DNA of 64,000 bases from Minisyncoccota bacterium. Its GTDB lineage: Bacteria; Patescibacteriota; Minisyncoccia; Phycocordibacterales; UBA918. Location: contig CALJTT010000003.1 in the NCBI GenBank assembly GCA_937975855.1, positions 26,901 to 90,900 on the forward strand, read 5' to 3'. Positions 1 through 8,622 of the stretch are shown piece after piece; the stretch's first letter is position 1, and each line of letters begins with the position of its first letter. Under the pieces are notes generated by a model. It did not search any database. It was not told the origin of the DNA and was given only the letters and a program-made list of their open reading frames with translations. The position numbers were made by a program, and so were the translations under genes.

Positions 1-1
1 C

Positions 2-157
2 GGCTGCGCTGGCGTTTGGTTCCAAGCCAGAAAACGCGAAGCGCATCCGTCGATGGACAATGCAAGCTACTCTGAGCGCTGGCCATTAATCGAACGGCAA
101 GTGACAGCGATGATTGTCATAATTATCATTGCTTCGTTCGCAATTATCACAACGTGA
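2..157 (+). CDS. 3' end of an unidentified CDS entering from upstream (partial)
   Basis: Frame 2 is open from the window edge to TGA at 155-157. The tail ...ERWPLIERQVTAMIVIIIIASFAIITT* is a hydrophobic helix. The stop is followed within 10 nt by a hairpin plus T-run. It is absent from the ORF track because it is open-ended. Confidence 0.4.
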   Translation, partial: GCAGVWFQARKREAHPSMDNASYSERWPLIERQVTAMIVIIIIASFAIITT

Positions 158-163
158 ATTTGG

Positions 164-189
164 ACGCGCCCCACCGGGGCGCGTTTTTC
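164..189 (+). terminator. Rho-independent terminator of the upstream gene
   Basis: Perfect stem GCGCCCC (166-172) / GGGGCGC (176-182), loop ACC, followed by TTTTT (184-188). Confidence 0.65.
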
Positions 190-194
190 ATTTC

Positions 195-203
195 TGCTAT
201 ACT
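195..203 (+). promoter_or_regulatory. Extended -10 box TGCTATACT, 7 nt upstream of the dnaE ATG (candidate leaderless promoter)
   Basis: TGC (195-197) + TATACT (198-203), then 7 nt (acaccca), then ATG at 211. No SD-like purine run in between. Confidence 0.5.
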
Positions 204-210
204 ACACCCA

Positions 211-3200
211 ATGCCTGAAACGACCGAGACTCCAGTTGCAGCGGATTTTGTACACCTTCATGTGCATTCGATGTATTCCCTTCTGAACGCCGTCCCAACA
301 CCAAAGGAACTAGTCGCGGCCGCGAAGGCGGACGGACAAACGTCGCTGGCAATCACTGACGCGGGAGCGATGTATGGTGTCATTGATTTTTACCAAGCCT
401 GTCACAACGAGGACATTAAACCCATCCTCGGTCTCGACGCCTATCTCGCCCCTCGTACTCGTCACGACAAAGAACATCCTGTAGACCGACCTCGCAGCCG
501 CGTCGTACTGTTGGCAAAGACATTCAAGGGATACCAAAATTTGATCCAGCTCGTAACACTATCGAACACAGAGGGGGCCTACTACAAGCCACGGTTGGAT
601 GACGAGCTGCTAACTAAATACAAAGAAGACCTGGTTTGTATCATTCCGTCATTCGCTGGCGAGGTGGCGCAGTCACTCAAAGACTCATTACCAGAACGCG
701 CGTCCGAGCGACTCGATTTTTATAAGAAGCTGTACGGCGAAGATTGTTATCTGGAAATCTCTCACCATCCTGAAATGTTTGGCCACGTGGAAGTGCAGGA
801 GAAGATCAAAGAACTGGCCAAAGAAACTAATACTCCCCTAGTCGCTGCGCACGACGTGTACTACATCAAGCCGACCGACCGATTGGCGCGTGAGACGATG
901 ATCAAGATCGGCACCGGTGGAGTCGTCGACACCACCGCAGACGACTCCGGCGAGGACTTCTCATTCAAGACCCAGGCGCAGATGAAGGAATGGTTTGCAG
1001 ACGTGCCCGAAGCTATTTCAAACACAGTAAAAATTGCGGACCAATGTAATGTAGAGATCACCCTCGGGCAAGAAGCCTGGGTATTTCCTGACTACATTAT
1101 AGAAAGCGGCAAAGAGCCAGATGACGAATTGCACGACACCGCCTGGGCTGGTGTGAAGTGGCGCGGACTCGACCCTGAGGACCCTGAACTTAAAAAGCGT
1201 CTGACGTTCGAACTCGATGTCATTAAAATGAAAGGCTACGCCAAGTACTTCCTGGTAGTAGGCGATCTTTTGCGCGAGTCGCGCGACCGTGGGATCTTGA
1301 CCACTATTCGAGGTTCGGTGGCTGGCTCGCTGACGACCTATGTTCTAGGGATTACCAACGTGGACCCGCTGGAGTATCGACTTCCCTTTGAGCGATTCCT
1401 CAACCCCGAACGACCGTCGGCACCTGATATCGATATGGACTTTGCTGATAACCGGCGTGACGAAATCATCGAGTATTCAAAAGCTAAATACGGTGAAGAC
1501 AAGGTGGCGCAGATCGGTACGTTTGGAACCATGGCAGCCAAAGCGGCCGTGCGTGACGTGGCGCGTGCACTGGGGCACAGCTACAGCACTGGTGATCGGA
1601 TTTCAAAACTTATCCCGTTGGGCGCACAAGGCTTCCCTATGACTATCGACCGCGCACTGGTCGAGGAAAAAGAACTGGCCGAACTATATAAGAAAGACGC
1701 CGAGAGTCGCGAGGTCATCGACCTGGCCAAACAGATCGAGGGCCGCGTTCGACACATCGGCGTGCATGCTGCTGGTGTGGTGATCTCGCCCGTACCACTG
1801 AACGAATACGTCCCCGTCCAACCCGACTCGAAAACTGGCAAATGGGTAACGCAGTACGAAATGCACAGCGTAGGTGAAGACGGCGTCGGACTCTTGAAAT
1901 TCGACTTCCTTGGAATCAAGAACCTGGCCATTTTGGCTGACGCGGTAAAGCGAGTGAAGAAAATTCGTGACGTTGACGTCGACATCGAGAACATTCCGCT
2001 GGACGATACCAAGACATTTGAAATGCTTGCCCGCGGCGAGACGATGGGATTGTTCCAGCTGAACGGAACAGGGATGACTTCATTCCTCAAGCAACTTAAG
2101 CCAACCAGCATTCATGACATTAATGCGATGGTGGCGCTGTATCGCCCTGGTCCGATGGAAATGATTCCGACTTATATTGAACGAAAGCACAACCCGTCAT
2201 TGGTGACATACCTCGACCCGCGTCTAGAGAACATTGTAGAGCGTTCTTACGGAGTCATCACCTACCAGGACGACGTGATGATGACGTCGATCGAACTGGC
2301 CGGCTACAGCTGGCTCGAAGCGGACAAGCTGCGTAAGGCCATGGGTAAGAAAATTCCCGAGGTAATGGCAGCCGAGAAAGATAAACTTTTTCAGGGACTC
2401 ATCGACAACGGCATGAGCTCACAAAAAGCCGAGCAACTATGGAAGTTGATCGAGCCGTTTGCAGCGTACGGGTTCAACAAGGCTCACGCTGCCTCTTACG
2501 GACGTGTCGCCTATCAGACTGCGTACATGAAGGCTAACTTCCCCGTCGAATACATGTCAGCGGTTCTTACCGCTGACTCTGGCGACACCGAGCAAATCTA
2601 TGCCATCATTTCTGAATGTAAGCGCATGGATATCGACGTCCTTCCACCAGACATTAACGAATCGTTTGCGGACTTTTCGGTGGTGCCCGGTACACAGACG
2701 ATTCGTTTTGGACTGACAACTATCAAGAACTTTGGCGCGGGTATTGCTGACATCATAATCGAAGATCGCAAAAATAACGGACCGTTTGCCGACATGCAAG
2801 ATTTTCTGTCGCGCATCCACGACCGCGCCTTGAACAAGAAATCAATGGAAGCACTTATCTGCACCGGCGCCTTCGACAGCTTCGACCGGCGCAGCGTTTT
2901 GTATCACAACCTAGAGATCCTACTCGCTTACAACAAAGAGCAAGTGTCCGAAAAAGAAACTGGGCAAGATTCTTTATTCGGCGGCATGGACGAAGTTGCT
3001 GGGCTAACTTTATTACCTGCCGAACAACTACCGACCCTACAAAAACTAACCTGGGAAAAAGACTTGCTGGGTGTGTATTTGTCCGGACACCCACTCGATG
3101 CATTCGAAGACGAACTAAAAAAACGTTCGCCACTATCGACAGTAAAATCAGACGGCCGTCAGGGCATCCCTGTCGTCACCGCTGGAATGATCGAAACCGT

Positions 3201-3468
3201 CAAAGAGCTCATCACCAAAAAGGGAGACAAGATGGCCTTCGTGCAACTTGTTTCCAAAGAAGAATCAATGGAAATGGTCACCTTCCCCGAATGTTTCGAA
3301 ACCCACCGCGATATGCTGGTGCCCGGCACTTGTGTGGCAGTAAAAGGTAAGCTGAACATCAGGAATGACGAACCGAGTATTTTGGTGGATAAGTTGAAAA
3401 GACTAGGTGGAGTACCAGAAGTAGAGGGAGGAGAAGTTGACAAGGAAACTCCTCAGCCTGTAGGATAG
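211..3468 (+). CDS. dnaE: DNA polymerase III alpha subunit
   Basis: PHP-domain start FVHLHVHSMYSLL, GFNKAHAASY motif, about 1085 aa. The ORF track starts at GTG 154, inside the upstream terminator. ATG 211 (MPETTETP...) is the more plausible start. Confidence 0.95.
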   Translation: MPETTETPVAADFVHLHVHSMYSLLNAVPTPKELVAAAKADGQTSLAITDAGAMYGVIDFYQACHNEDIKPILGLDAYLAPRTRHDKEHPVDRPRSRVVLLAKTFKGYQNLIQLVTLSNTEGAYYKPRLDDELLTKYKEDLVCIIPSFAGEVAQSLKDSLPERASERLDFYKKLYGEDCYLEISHHPEMFGHVEVQEKIKELAKETNTPLVAAHDVYYIKPTDRLARETMIKIGTGGVVDTTADDSGEDFSFKTQAQMKEWFADVPEAISNTVKIADQCNVEITLGQEAWVFPDYIIESGKEPDDELHDTAWAGVKWRGLDPEDPELKKRLTFELDVIKMKGYAKYFLVVGDLLRESRDRGILTTIRGSVAGSLTTYVLGITNVDPLEYRLPFERFLNPERPSAPDIDMDFADNRRDEIIEYSKAKYGEDKVAQIGTFGTMAAKAAVRDVARALGHSYSTGDRISKLIPLGAQGFPMTIDRALVEEKELAELYKKDAESREVIDLAKQIEGRVRHIGVHAAGVVISPVPLNEYVPVQPDSKTGKWVTQYEMHSVGEDGVGLLKFDFLGIKNLAILADAVKRVKKIRDVDVDIENIPLDDTKTFEMLARGETMGLFQLNGTGMTSFLKQLKPTSIHDINAMVALYRPGPMEMIPTYIERKHNPSLVTYLDPRLENIVERSYGVITYQDDVMMTSIELAGYSWLEADKLRKAMGKKIPEVMAAEKDKLFQGLIDNGMSSQKAEQLWKLIEPFAAYGFNKAHAASYGRVAYQTAYMKANFPVEYMSAVLTADSGDTEQIYAIISECKRMDIDVLPPDINESFADFSVVPGTQTIRFGLTTIKNFGAGIADIIIEDRKNNGPFADMQDFLSRIHDRALNKKSMEALICTGAFDSFDRRSVLYHNLEILLAYNKEQVSEKETGQDSLFGGMDEVAGLTLLPAEQLPTLQKLTWEKDLLGVYLSGHPLDAFEDELKKRSPLSTVKSDGRQGIPVVTAGMIETVKELITKKGDKMAFVQLVSKEESMEMVTFPECFETHRDMLVPGTCVAVKGKLNIRNDEPSILVDKLKRLGGVPEVEGGEVDKETPQPVG
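3437..3466 (+). promoter_or_regulatory. Candidate sigma70-type promoter for the thrS leader (TTGACA-18 nt-TAGGAT)
   Basis: TTGACA at 3437-3442 and TAGGAT at 3461-3466, inside the 3' end of dnaE. Would place the transcription start site (TSS) near 3473. Confidence 0.35.
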
Positions 3469-3472
3469 TAAC

Positions 3473-3640
3473 AACAGAGATTGTGGCGCTTACCAACCGC
3501 CAGGCTATTGCTCGGGAAACCCTAATCTGTATATAAAGTGTCAGGTACAAACCTGGAAGCCCGGTGGAACCGCGGCCGTCACAGACGGAACGTCCGAGCG
3601 AAGACATGAATTATTTTCGTGTAGTCGCTCGGACTTTTCT
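3473..3640 (+). promoter_or_regulatory. T-box riboswitch leader (threonine-type by context) controlling thrS
   Basis: T-box core GGUGGAACCGCG at 3563-3574. A 7-nt bulge UGGAACC (3565-3571) is flanked by a helix pairing 3559-3564 with 3594-3599. That 3' strand overlaps the 5' arm of the terminator hairpin (3592-3601 / 3625-3634). Sits directly upstream of an aaRS gene. Small 5' hairpin 3484-3502 has the loop CUUACCAAC, with ACC followed by A. Confidence 0.75.
3592..3640 (+). terminator. T-box expression-platform terminator
   Basis: GTCCGAGCGA (3592-3601) pairs with TCGCTCGGAC (3625-3634), followed by TTTTCTTATTTTT. Confidence 0.75.
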
Positions 3641-3657
3641 TATTTTTAATTATTCTT

Positions 3658-5415
3658 ATGGAACAACAACTCGAACACAAACGACATACACTTGCTCACC
3701 TACTTGCCGCGGCAATAGTTGAACAATATCCGCACGCCAAGCTGACCCTCGGCCCGGCAATCGATAATGGATTTTATTACGACATTGATTTTTCTGCTGG
3801 CGAGGCGCCGGGAGAAGACGACCTGAAAGGTCTACAAAAGTCGATGAAGAAAACTGTGAACAAGTGGACAGAGTGGTCGCACGAAGAAGTCTCTGCCGAC
3901 AAGGCACGGGAGGTGTTCGCCGGGAATGAGTTTAAACTTGAGCTGATCGACGAGATCGAGAGCAAGGGCGAGACAATCACTCTGTACACTTGCGGCGGTT
4001 TCACCGACCTATGTCGTGGTGGTCATGTAGAAAATCCAAAAGAAGAAATCGCTGCTGACGCGTTCAAACTCGACAAAATCGCTGGCGCCTACTGGCGAGG
4101 AAGTGAAAAGAACCCGATGCTGACACGCATCTACGGCGTTGCGTTTGACACAAAAAAAGACCTTGAAGCCTACGAAGAGCAAGTGAGGCTGGCCAAAGAA
4201 CGTGACCATCGCAAGATTGGGAAAGAACTTGGTCTGTTTACTTTTTCAGATTTAGTTGGCCCTGGACTTCCTCTCTACACTCCAAAAGGCCAGCTGATGC
4301 GCGAGGCTATCAAAGACCTGTTGTGGAACCTGTCTAAAGAATACGGTTACCAAAAGGTAGAAATCCCCCACCTCGCTAAGATTGATCTATACGAAAAAAG
4401 TGGCCACGCAGCCAAATTCAAAGATGAGTTTTTCTACGTACACGGAGCACAAAGTGGAGACGACTTTGTGGTCAAACCAATGAACTGCCCGCATCACACC
4501 CAGATTTATGACTGCCAACCTCGTAGCTATCGCGATCTGCCGATCCGCATGGCTGAAGTTACACATATGTACCGCGACGAAAAGGTTGGGCAGCTATCAG
4601 GTCTCGGGCGCGTCCGTTCGATCGCGATCGACGACGCACATGTATTCTGCCGACCAGATCAGATCAAAGAAGAGGCTTGTAACATCGCCGAGATCGTCCG
4701 TCGGTTCTACACAAAATTTGGTCTGTGGGAAAAGGGTAAAACTTTTTGGGTGTCACTGTCAGTTCGCGATCCAGAAACACCAGAAAAGTATCTCGGACAA
4801 GACGAGAACTGGGAGAAGGCTGAAGCTTACTTACAAGAAGTGTCGGACGACCTCGAGCTTGATGCCAAGCGCATGGAGGGCGAAGCGGCGTTCTATGGTC
4901 CAAAGTTAGACTTCATGTTTACTGATGCTCTCGGTCGCGAACGGCAACTGGCGACCATCCAAATCGACTTTGTACAACCCGAGCGATTCAACCTAACTTA
5001 CACAGACAGCGACGGTAGCGACCAGCCAGCTGTGATGATCCACCGCGCTGTAGCTGGTTCGCTCGAGCGATTTATGGCTATTATGATTGAACACTACGCT
5101 GGCGCCTTCCCTCTATGGCTGTCACCAGATCAAGTACGGATTATTACAGTGTCAGACGTCCATCTTCCATATGCGAAAGAAGTCTTGGCCGAACTGCGAA
5201 AGGCCGATTTCCGAGTTGAACTAGACGACAGCAACGACAGCATGGGGAAGAAAATCCGCAATGCAAAAAAAAGCAAGCTCCCCTATCTAATCGTCATTGG
5301 TGACAAGGAAGTCGAGAGTGGGACGATCACCCTGGAAAGTCGAGATACCGAAGAATCAACAACGCACAGTGTTGCAGACTTGATCAAGAAATTAACTGCC
5401 GAGTTAGAAGTGTAG
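3658..5415 (+). CDS. thrS: Threonyl-tRNA synthetase (no N-terminal TGS domain)
   Basis: DHRKIGKELGLF and VVKPMNCPHHTQIY class II motifs, plus an anticodon-binding C-terminus. The protein starts at the editing-domain segment (HTLAHLLAAAI...GPAIDNGFYYD). Confidence 0.95.
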   Translation: MEQQLEHKRHTLAHLLAAAIVEQYPHAKLTLGPAIDNGFYYDIDFSAGEAPGEDDLKGLQKSMKKTVNKWTEWSHEEVSADKAREVFAGNEFKLELIDEIESKGETITLYTCGGFTDLCRGGHVENPKEEIAADAFKLDKIAGAYWRGSEKNPMLTRIYGVAFDTKKDLEAYEEQVRLAKERDHRKIGKELGLFTFSDLVGPGLPLYTPKGQLMREAIKDLLWNLSKEYGYQKVEIPHLAKIDLYEKSGHAAKFKDEFFYVHGAQSGDDFVVKPMNCPHHTQIYDCQPRSYRDLPIRMAEVTHMYRDEKVGQLSGLGRVRSIAIDDAHVFCRPDQIKEEACNIAEIVRRFYTKFGLWEKGKTFWVSLSVRDPETPEKYLGQDENWEKAEAYLQEVSDDLELDAKRMEGEAAFYGPKLDFMFTDALGRERQLATIQIDFVQPERFNLTYTDSDGSDQPAVMIHRAVAGSLERFMAIMIEHYAGAFPLWLSPDQVRIITVSDVHLPYAKEVLAELRKADFRVELDDSNDSMGKKIRNAKKSKLPYLIVIGDKEVESGTITLESRDTEESTTHSVADLIKKLTAELEV

Positions 5416-5430
5416 AAGATTAGACAACAC

Positions 5431-5467
5431 AAACAAAAACAGCGCCCAATAGGCGCTGTTTTTGTTT
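5431..5467. terminator. Bidirectional terminator between convergent thrS and the surface-protein gene
   Basis: Perfect 16-bp palindrome AAACAAAAACAGCGCC / GGCGCTGTTTTTGTTT with loop CAATA. A/T runs on both sides. Confidence 0.8.
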
Positions 5468-5478
5468 GTGTTTGCTGC

Positions 5479-7713
5479 TTACGCTGTAAGCAATGCAAGC
5501 ATTCGATCGTTGTTGATCACTACCCATCCGTCTTCTAGTGGGAACTGTGCTTTTGCACTGTTCAATACTTCGAAGATTTTGGTAAGTTGGTCAGCAACTG
5601 GAATAGTGTTGACAAAAGTCTTGATCGCGTCGCTTGAGAGCAATGCTTGATTACTCTGAGCAATCGCTTCAAGAGCCGCAACTTCAACTGGAGTGTTGTC
5701 AGTAACCATAGCCGCTCGCGTTGGTACTTCAGCAACTGGTGCTACAGGAGCAACTGCGATAGGTAGATTAGCTGGTGCAACTGCTACTGAAGCAGCGACG
5801 TTTGTTGCTGGGGCTGCAGGTGCAACCGATGCAAACAAATCTGGTCGAGCAGCTTCAGCTCGCTGCATCTGTTCTACTGGTGTTGGAGTGAAAGAAGATT
5901 CTTTCGCAAGACTCATCGCTGCCTTAGGTACAACTAGTACGTAAGTCAGATATAGAGCCCAAGCAGTAAGCAACATGTAGAAGAAAGTTGTCATCATCGG
6001 ACCAGCTTCGAATCCAGTGTATGGCACTTGAGCCAACGAGATACCAGACACAAGTGGAGATTGATCACGCACTTGTAGGATTTGAAGTTCCTCTTCTACT
6101 TCTACTTCTACTGTACAACTTCGGTCACGTGAACCACGTTCTGCAGTCAATGTGTAAACTGTGTCAGTAGTTGGATTCACTCTGAATGATGAGTTCAATA
6201 GTTCGTCTTTGTCGTCAGACAAAAGTGTGTCAGTTGTAACGATCACGTTACCTTCGTCATCAGTCAATGTGATTTCACGTGCTCGGCTAGTTTCCCATGT
6301 AAGAGTTACTGTTTCTCCAGCGCTGATAGACGAGTCAGAAACTTCTAGTTCACAACGTGGTGAAGAGCTTCCTCCGCCACCTCCGCCTGAAGTAGTAGTT
6401 ACTACAGTTGTTGTAGTACATGATCCGTCGTCTTCAGTCGCGTTAGCGTTGTAGTTAGTTGCAGTTGAATCTGTACAACCGCGAACTGGGTCTGGATCTA
6501 CTGAATAAACACATGAGTTGTCGTTCTGCGTTGCGTTAGCATCGTAGTTTGTCGCGTCTATATCTGTACATCCTAGAACCGGGTCTGGCTCGTTTGTCGC
6601 TACAATATCGATTGCTGCACAGATCGGATAAAGACTGTTAGCGAACAATACATCTGGGTAGTATGGGTGTACTCCACTGATTCCTGTAATGTCGGTTGAA
6701 AGCTCTAGTGAAGAGTTAACCATCTCTACCTTTCCGTCTTCTCGTACGTTATCAGCAAGGTCAGAACTGTATCCTGAAGCTGCCATGATAGTAGTTCCGT
6801 TTAGGAAATGTAGTTTCCACTGTTCGTTTGGCTGACTAGTGTTAACTCGGTTTAGGTAACCGTCCCAAGACTGCAATGTAACTTTGTAGTTACCAGCAGC
6901 AAGGTTAACTGATTGCGCTGCAGTTTTTGCAGATGCTGCACCTTGGTCAGTTCGTAGTTTTTCGCCACCGAAGTCAACGATAGTACGACCGTCCTGTGCG
7001 TCAAACGAACATACTGGTGCAATTGGGTAATTGTACTCACAATCAGCTTCAGCCTGGTAGTTGTTTGCAAGTGGGTCTTCACACGTAACTGTTACAGGTG
7101 TGTATTCACATGCTTCACCAGCTACTGTAGCTTCAGGGTTGTAATTGTTTGCGTCAGCGTCCATACAACCTGAGATAGGTGTTACGACTACAGGGTACTC
7201 ACAGTCGCCTGCTTGTCCGTAGTTTGTTGCATCTTGATCTTCACAAGTTGCTACTGGCTGTGCAAGACAAACAACATTGAAAGTCTGTGAACAGTTGTCG
7301 CCGTTAGCATTAGTAACTTCTACGGTGTAGGTGGTATCAATCGTTAGATCAGTGAATGTGATGTCGCCTTTATCTTGAAAAGCAACTTCTTGACCGTTAA
7401 CCTTAACAGTATCAAATCCAACAGTGTCCCATGAAAGAGTCACACTGCCGCCGTATTCAACTGTGTCGGCACTACTAGTCAGCTCACAAGAAGTTTCAGA
7501 CTGTACTGAAACAACAGTCACTGTGTCTCCACCTGTGGTATCTAGGTTATCTAGATCAATATTAGTAGTTGTAAGATCTACCGTTGGCAGATCAATTGTA
7601 AAGTTTAGAGAGTCAAGAAGTGAAGCTGACGAAACCGTCGGCGCCATAATTGCTCCTGACACTACGACTACCGCTAGAACGCGCGCAAGTCGTGAAATTG
7701 TGTTTGAAAACAT
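5479..7713 (-). CDS. Large secreted surface protein with a sortase-like VPYTG+TM signal and a ~155-aa cytoplasmic tail
   Basis: Signal-like start MFSNTISRLARVLAVVVVSGAIMAP (ATG 7713; the ORF track extends to TTG 7824). Two Ig-like modules bracketed by Cys (CELTSS...NVVC; CELEVSD...SCTVEVEV). Five short C-x-D-x2-A-x-NY...C repeats and a G6S3 linker. VPYTG is encoded at 6015-6029, followed by the helix MMTTFFYMLLTAWALYLTYVLVV and an Ala/Pro/Val-rich tail. Confidence 0.8.
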   Translation of the reverse strand: MFSNTISRLARVLAVVVVSGAIMAPTVSSASLLDSLNFTIDLPTVDLTTTNIDLDNLDTTGGDTVTVVSVQSETSCELTSSADTVEYGGSVTLSWDTVGFDTVKVNGQEVAFQDKGDITFTDLTIDTTYTVEVTNANGDNCSQTFNVVCLAQPVATCEDQDATNYGQAGDCEYPVVVTPISGCMDADANNYNPEATVAGEACEYTPVTVTCEDPLANNYQAEADCEYNYPIAPVCSFDAQDGRTIVDFGGEKLRTDQGAASAKTAAQSVNLAAGNYKVTLQSWDGYLNRVNTSQPNEQWKLHFLNGTTIMAASGYSSDLADNVREDGKVEMVNSSLELSTDITGISGVHPYYPDVLFANSLYPICAAIDIVATNEPDPVLGCTDIDATNYDANATQNDNSCVYSVDPDPVRGCTDSTATNYNANATEDDGSCTTTTVVTTTSGGGGGGSSSPRCELEVSDSSISAGETVTLTWETSRAREITLTDDEGNVIVTTDTLLSDDKDELLNSSFRVNPTTDTVYTLTAERGSRDRSCTVEVEVEEELQILQVRDQSPLVSGISLAQVPYTGFEAGPMMTTFFYMLLTAWALYLTYVLVVPKAAMSLAKESSFTPTPVEQMQRAEAARPDLFASVAPAAPATNVAASVAVAPANLPIAVAPVAPVAEVPTRAAMVTDNTPVEVAALEAIAQSNQALLSSDAIKTFVNTIPVADQLTKIFEVLNSAKAQFPLEDGWVVINNDRMLALLTA

Positions 7714-7858
7714 AATGATAATTAAGTTAAACCTCCTAAGATTAATACTCTCACCTACACCAAGATACGCAAGAGTAATCAAACCTACGAAATTATTATA
7801 GAAATCAACGAGCGCGTTAGCCAAGCTAACAGAAGGAGCAATATGAATCGCGCCTATA

Positions 7859-7887
7859 TTAATACACTATTTTTACTAATTTGTCAA
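7859..7887 (-). promoter_or_regulatory. Candidate promoter TTGACA-17 nt-TATTAA for the surface-protein gene
   Basis: Minus-strand TTGACA (7887-7882) and TATTAA (7864-7859). Confidence 0.45.
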
Positions 7888-7891
7888 GTGT

Positions 7892-8614
7892 TTAGCTCGA
7901 ACGTACTACTTGGCGCGAAGCTTCCACGATGTATCTGTCATCTGCACTACCGAAACTGTTGCAAGTAGCCAGAGTTAGCATGTTTCCTGTATCAGCGATT
8001 GGCACCACTAGTTCCGAAGCTTTAGCTTTGTACACCTTTTCAACGCGGTAAACGTAAGTTTTGTCACCTCCAGACACCTCAATAGTGTCTCCCCACTGGA
8101 GATTCTGAATACCATTTAGAGCCTGGTAGTTCTTATTAAGTACGTTAGGCAGGTAACTTGAGTGCCCAAGAATGAACACGTTGCCCTCCCTATCCAGTGT
8201 CGCTGAGTCAGGATGCCGAACAACTCCACCCAAAAGGGCTGTATCTAGGTCGGCAACAGATCGCGAAATAGGATTCAAAACGTCGACAGTTTTGTCGAGC
8301 TTGGCAATGTAAATTGACTGAGGCAGTACTTTTTCAATCGGAGCGATAGTTACTGGCTCTTCAGTAATATCAATATTAAGAGGCTCTGTTGTTGCAGGCT
8401 CGAGTGTTTCAGCTTGGAAAATACCATTTGACATAGTGTCAGACGTTACAGAGGTAGCGGGGGCTACCGTTTTTACTTCTTCTGTTGGAGCTTCCGGCAA
8501 GAAATCAACCACATACAAAATAGTGTAGGTTGTAGTGAAGATTAGGAAAAACATTACGACAAAGCGAATTTTTCTTTCCCAAACTAGCTGAAACAAGTTA
8601 GATGTATTAATCAT
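7892..8614 (-). CDS. Sortase-family transpeptidase
   Basis: N-terminal TM (IRFVVMFFLIFTTTYTILYVV), His motif FILGHSS, catalytic LTLATCN (TLxTC), downstream Arg (DRYIVEA). Start ambiguity: the ORF track uses ATG 8632, but a -10 box overlaps it, so ATG 8614 (MINTSN...) is preferred. Confidence 0.8.
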   Translation of the reverse strand: MINTSNLFQLVWERKIRFVVMFFLIFTTTYTILYVVDFLPEAPTEEVKTVAPATSVTSDTMSNGIFQAETLEPATTEPLNIDITEEPVTIAPIEKVLPQSIYIAKLDKTVDVLNPISRSVADLDTALLGGVVRHPDSATLDREGNVFILGHSSYLPNVLNKNYQALNGIQNLQWGDTIEVSGGDKTYVYRVEKVYKAKASELVVPIADTGNMLTLATCNSFGSADDRYIVEASRQVVRSS

Positions 8615-8622
8615 TGCGAAAT

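Noticed and set aside
7714-7824. The longer start (TTG 7824) for the surface protein, and AGGAGG at about 7734-7739 as its SD
   Set aside because: The extension encodes no signal peptide, and AGGAGG lies 18 nt from ATG 7713, which is too far for a canonical SD. I keep ATG 7713 because it opens a typical signal peptide, but the start remains uncertain.
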